58,796 nt of DNA, from positions 1-58,796 of IMG/VR virus record IMGVR_UViG_3300042890_001480. One strand, given 5' to 3'. Every line of letters begins with the position of its first letter. The first letter of the stretch is position 1. Below, one piece after another: positions 56,662-58,796 of the stretch. The translations under genes and the position numbers were made by a program. Origin of the DNA: a virus. Taxonomy: Duplodnaviria; Caudoviricetes. A model generated the notes under the pieces. The model was not told where the DNA came from, ran no database searches, and saw only the letters and a program-made list of their open reading frames with translations.

Positions 56662-58796
56662 ATGAGCATATGGAGTAAAACTGGAAATAGCGCCTGGTCG
56701 AAAATTAATTCTCTTTTTATTAAAACTGGTAGCGTTACATGGACCGAGTTACTAGGTGCCTGGGTTAAAACTGGTTCCACTACATGGACAAAAGTATTTA
56801 CAAGATTTTTAGTTCCAGCTAATACTGTAGCCCCAGCTGTTACTGGAAGCGAGTACCTATATGGAACTTTGACTGGAACTTTAGGAAGTTGGACATCTCC
56901 AAATGGAGCAAACAGTTATAGTCGTCAATGGCAAAGCGCTGCAAATAATTCTGGATCTGCTGGTTCTTATGGAAACATATCAGGTGCAACATCTAGTACC
57001 TATACAACTACAATAAATGAAAATGGTAGGTGGGTTAGATTAAGAGTAACTGCAACAAATTTAAGTGGAGACTCTGTTGCATTTTCAAATGAAGTATTAA
57101 TTACAAAATATTCTCCAGTTTCTCTATTACCTTATACACTTTCTGGGACCCCAACTGTTGGCGGAACTTTAACAGCCCAAGAACAAATTGGTTCATGGAA
57201 AAGTACAACAACCAATACAGACGATACATATCCAGACACTTTTGAATATGAATGGAGCTGGTCAGATGGGACAATTAGACAGTCTACGGCATATAATTCC
57301 GTTAACAGTAGTAGTTATCTAATAGTTAATGCTGATTTAAATAATACAATTAGGGTAAGGGTTACAGGAACAAACTCGGCAATATTAGATTCCCCTAATC
57401 GTGGTGCAGGATCAGCCACAAGTAACTACACAACTTCTGGCACAATTACTTCACAGTATTCTTTTGCTTTTGGAAATACCCTGTACGTTGGATCTAATGG
57501 CTACATAACTTTAGATCAGGCCCCCTCGTCTGCAGTTGCAGCCCTACCAGCTGGAAACGGAAGAACTCTTAATATATGGAATGAAGATTTAGTTCAATAT
57601 AGACTTCAAGAGTATTCTGATAGCAGCAATTATCATTTATATTTTAGAGCATATAGATACCAGTCCCCCCTTGTTCAATCCGCAATTAATGCGTTAGATT
57701 ATCAAATTAAATTTTATACAAGCCAACCGTATTGTGATGTTTATTTATTTAGAAAAGGAAGTAGTGTTCCTGCATATATAAACAATCCAGGTTACTATTC
57801 AAACGGTTTATTCGGGACTTCTGGATTTTCTGGTACATTTACAGCAGGATCTGTTTTAAGAATTTATTTTAACGGAACCACCCCAGCAAACACATCTGTG
57901 GCAAGCTGGACCTCTATATCAAATTCATTATGGAAAGATATTACAACTACTCAAATAGATGACAGTTTTACCTCAGTTGTTACATCTGCAAATCAATCAT
58001 TTTCATTTACTTCTCCCACTCCTTCAAGTGTTACATATAGTGGTGGCGTGTTTACTATTAATTTTACAGGCGGATCTGGGCCATTTTACCAAGGTTGGTA
58101 TCAAACTGATAGCGGTGCAATAGGAACTCAACCCGCATTAACTGGAACAGTTGATTCTACTCCAGATGCACCACAAAGTGGTGGATCGTTTACATCTTCA
58201 CCTTTAACTAGAACACTAACTGGTACACCTGGATACACTTATTATTGGTGGGTAAGATCAGCAACATCTGCTACCATAACTGGTGCTGGTGAAGTAACAT
58301 CATGGTCTGGGCCAGTTTCAGTTACAATACCTAATGCAACAATGACTACTGCTCCAACCTATGGATCAGCAACTAGCACATCTGATGGGTTTACGGCAAG
58401 TATTAATAACACGCCAGACCCTTCTGGAGGAACATATGCCGTAGTATCAAATTCAAATGCTAATGCATCTACATCAATTACATCAGGTGGCGCAGTTACA
58501 GTTACTGGTCTTGCTGCATCAGCTTCAAATACAGTAACAGTAAGCTATGCAAAATTTGGATTTACTACAGTACAATTTACAGTTACTGGAACTGCATCAG
58601 CAGCAAATACCGCTCCAGGTGCAGTTAGAAATCTTAGTTATAGTTTAATTACTAGCGGGGCAAGGATAACTTGGGATGCTCCAACAAGTAATGGTGGATC
58701 AGCAATTACTAAGTATCAAATAAGAAGAGATTCGGCTAGTTTTTTTGATAATAGTCCATTGACCTCAACTACTTATGATTATACGCTTTCCCCTAA
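56662..58796 (+). CDS. Ig-like/FN3 repeat fibre protein, 3' truncated (>=711 aa)
   Basis: ATG at 56662, frame still open at the window end (terminal TAA is out of frame); PANTVAPAVTG...RQWQ Ig-like repeats and WDAPTSNGGSAITKY FN3 motif; absent from ORF track. Confidence 0.85.
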   Translation, partial: MSIWSKTGNSAWSKINSLFIKTGSVTWTELLGAWVKTGSTTWTKVFTRFLVPANTVAPAVTGSEYLYGTLTGTLGSWTSPNGANSYSRQWQSAANNSGSAGSYGNISGATSSTYTTTINENGRWVRLRVTATNLSGDSVAFSNEVLITKYSPVSLLPYTLSGTPTVGGTLTAQEQIGSWKSTTTNTDDTYPDTFEYEWSWSDGTIRQSTAYNSVNSSSYLIVNADLNNTIRVRVTGTNSAILDSPNRGAGSATSNYTTSGTITSQYSFAFGNTLYVGSNGYITLDQAPSSAVAALPAGNGRTLNIWNEDLVQYRLQEYSDSSNYHLYFRAYRYQSPLVQSAINALDYQIKFYTSQPYCDVYLFRKGSSVPAYINNPGYYSNGLFGTSGFSGTFTAGSVLRIYFNGTTPANTSVASWTSISNSLWKDITTTQIDDSFTSVVTSANQSFSFTSPTPSSVTYSGGVFTINFTGGSGPFYQGWYQTDSGAIGTQPALTGTVDSTPDAPQSGGSFTSSPLTRTLTGTPGYTYYWWVRSATSATITGAGEVTSWSGPVSVTIPNATMTTAPTYGSATSTSDGFTASINNTPDPSGGTYAVVSNSNANASTSITSGGAVTVTGLAASASNTVTVSYAKFGFTTVQFTVTGTASAANTAPGAVRNLSYSLITSGARITWDAPTSNGGSAITKYQIRRDSASFFDNSPLTSTTYDYTLSP

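Overview
AT-rich segment of a large tailed dsDNA phage (Caudoviricetes, siphovirus-like: tail tube, frameshifting tail chaperone, 2387-aa tape measure, no sheath gene). An actinobacterial host is inferred from the many -10 boxes lying 6-9 nt before SD-less start codons; this is not proven. Layout: (i) 1-2.1 kb, a dense non-coding/control region with tRNA-Asn, tRNA-Gly, a promoter-driven ~200-nt structured RNA candidate next to a repeat-flanked small HNH gene, a ~94-nt sRNA with its own promoter and terminator, and a two-fold symmetric leader element; (ii) 2.1-6.5 kb, a lysozyme-like transglycosylase, GT4 glycosyltransferase, class II ribonucleotide reductase and holin-like gene; (iii) 6.6-33 kb, ~26 kb of fibre/adhesin genes (repeat-built fibres, five LamG paralogues, a fibrinogen-like protein, two beta-propellers, an Mtd_N fibre); (iv) 33-58.8 kb, portal, protease/scaffold, major capsid, neck, tail tube, chaperones, tape measure and distal tail genes, ending in a truncated Ig/FN3 ORF. 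No terminase, integrase, CRISPR array or reverse transcriptase is visible. All family calls come from motif recognition by eye, and all RNA folds are manual.
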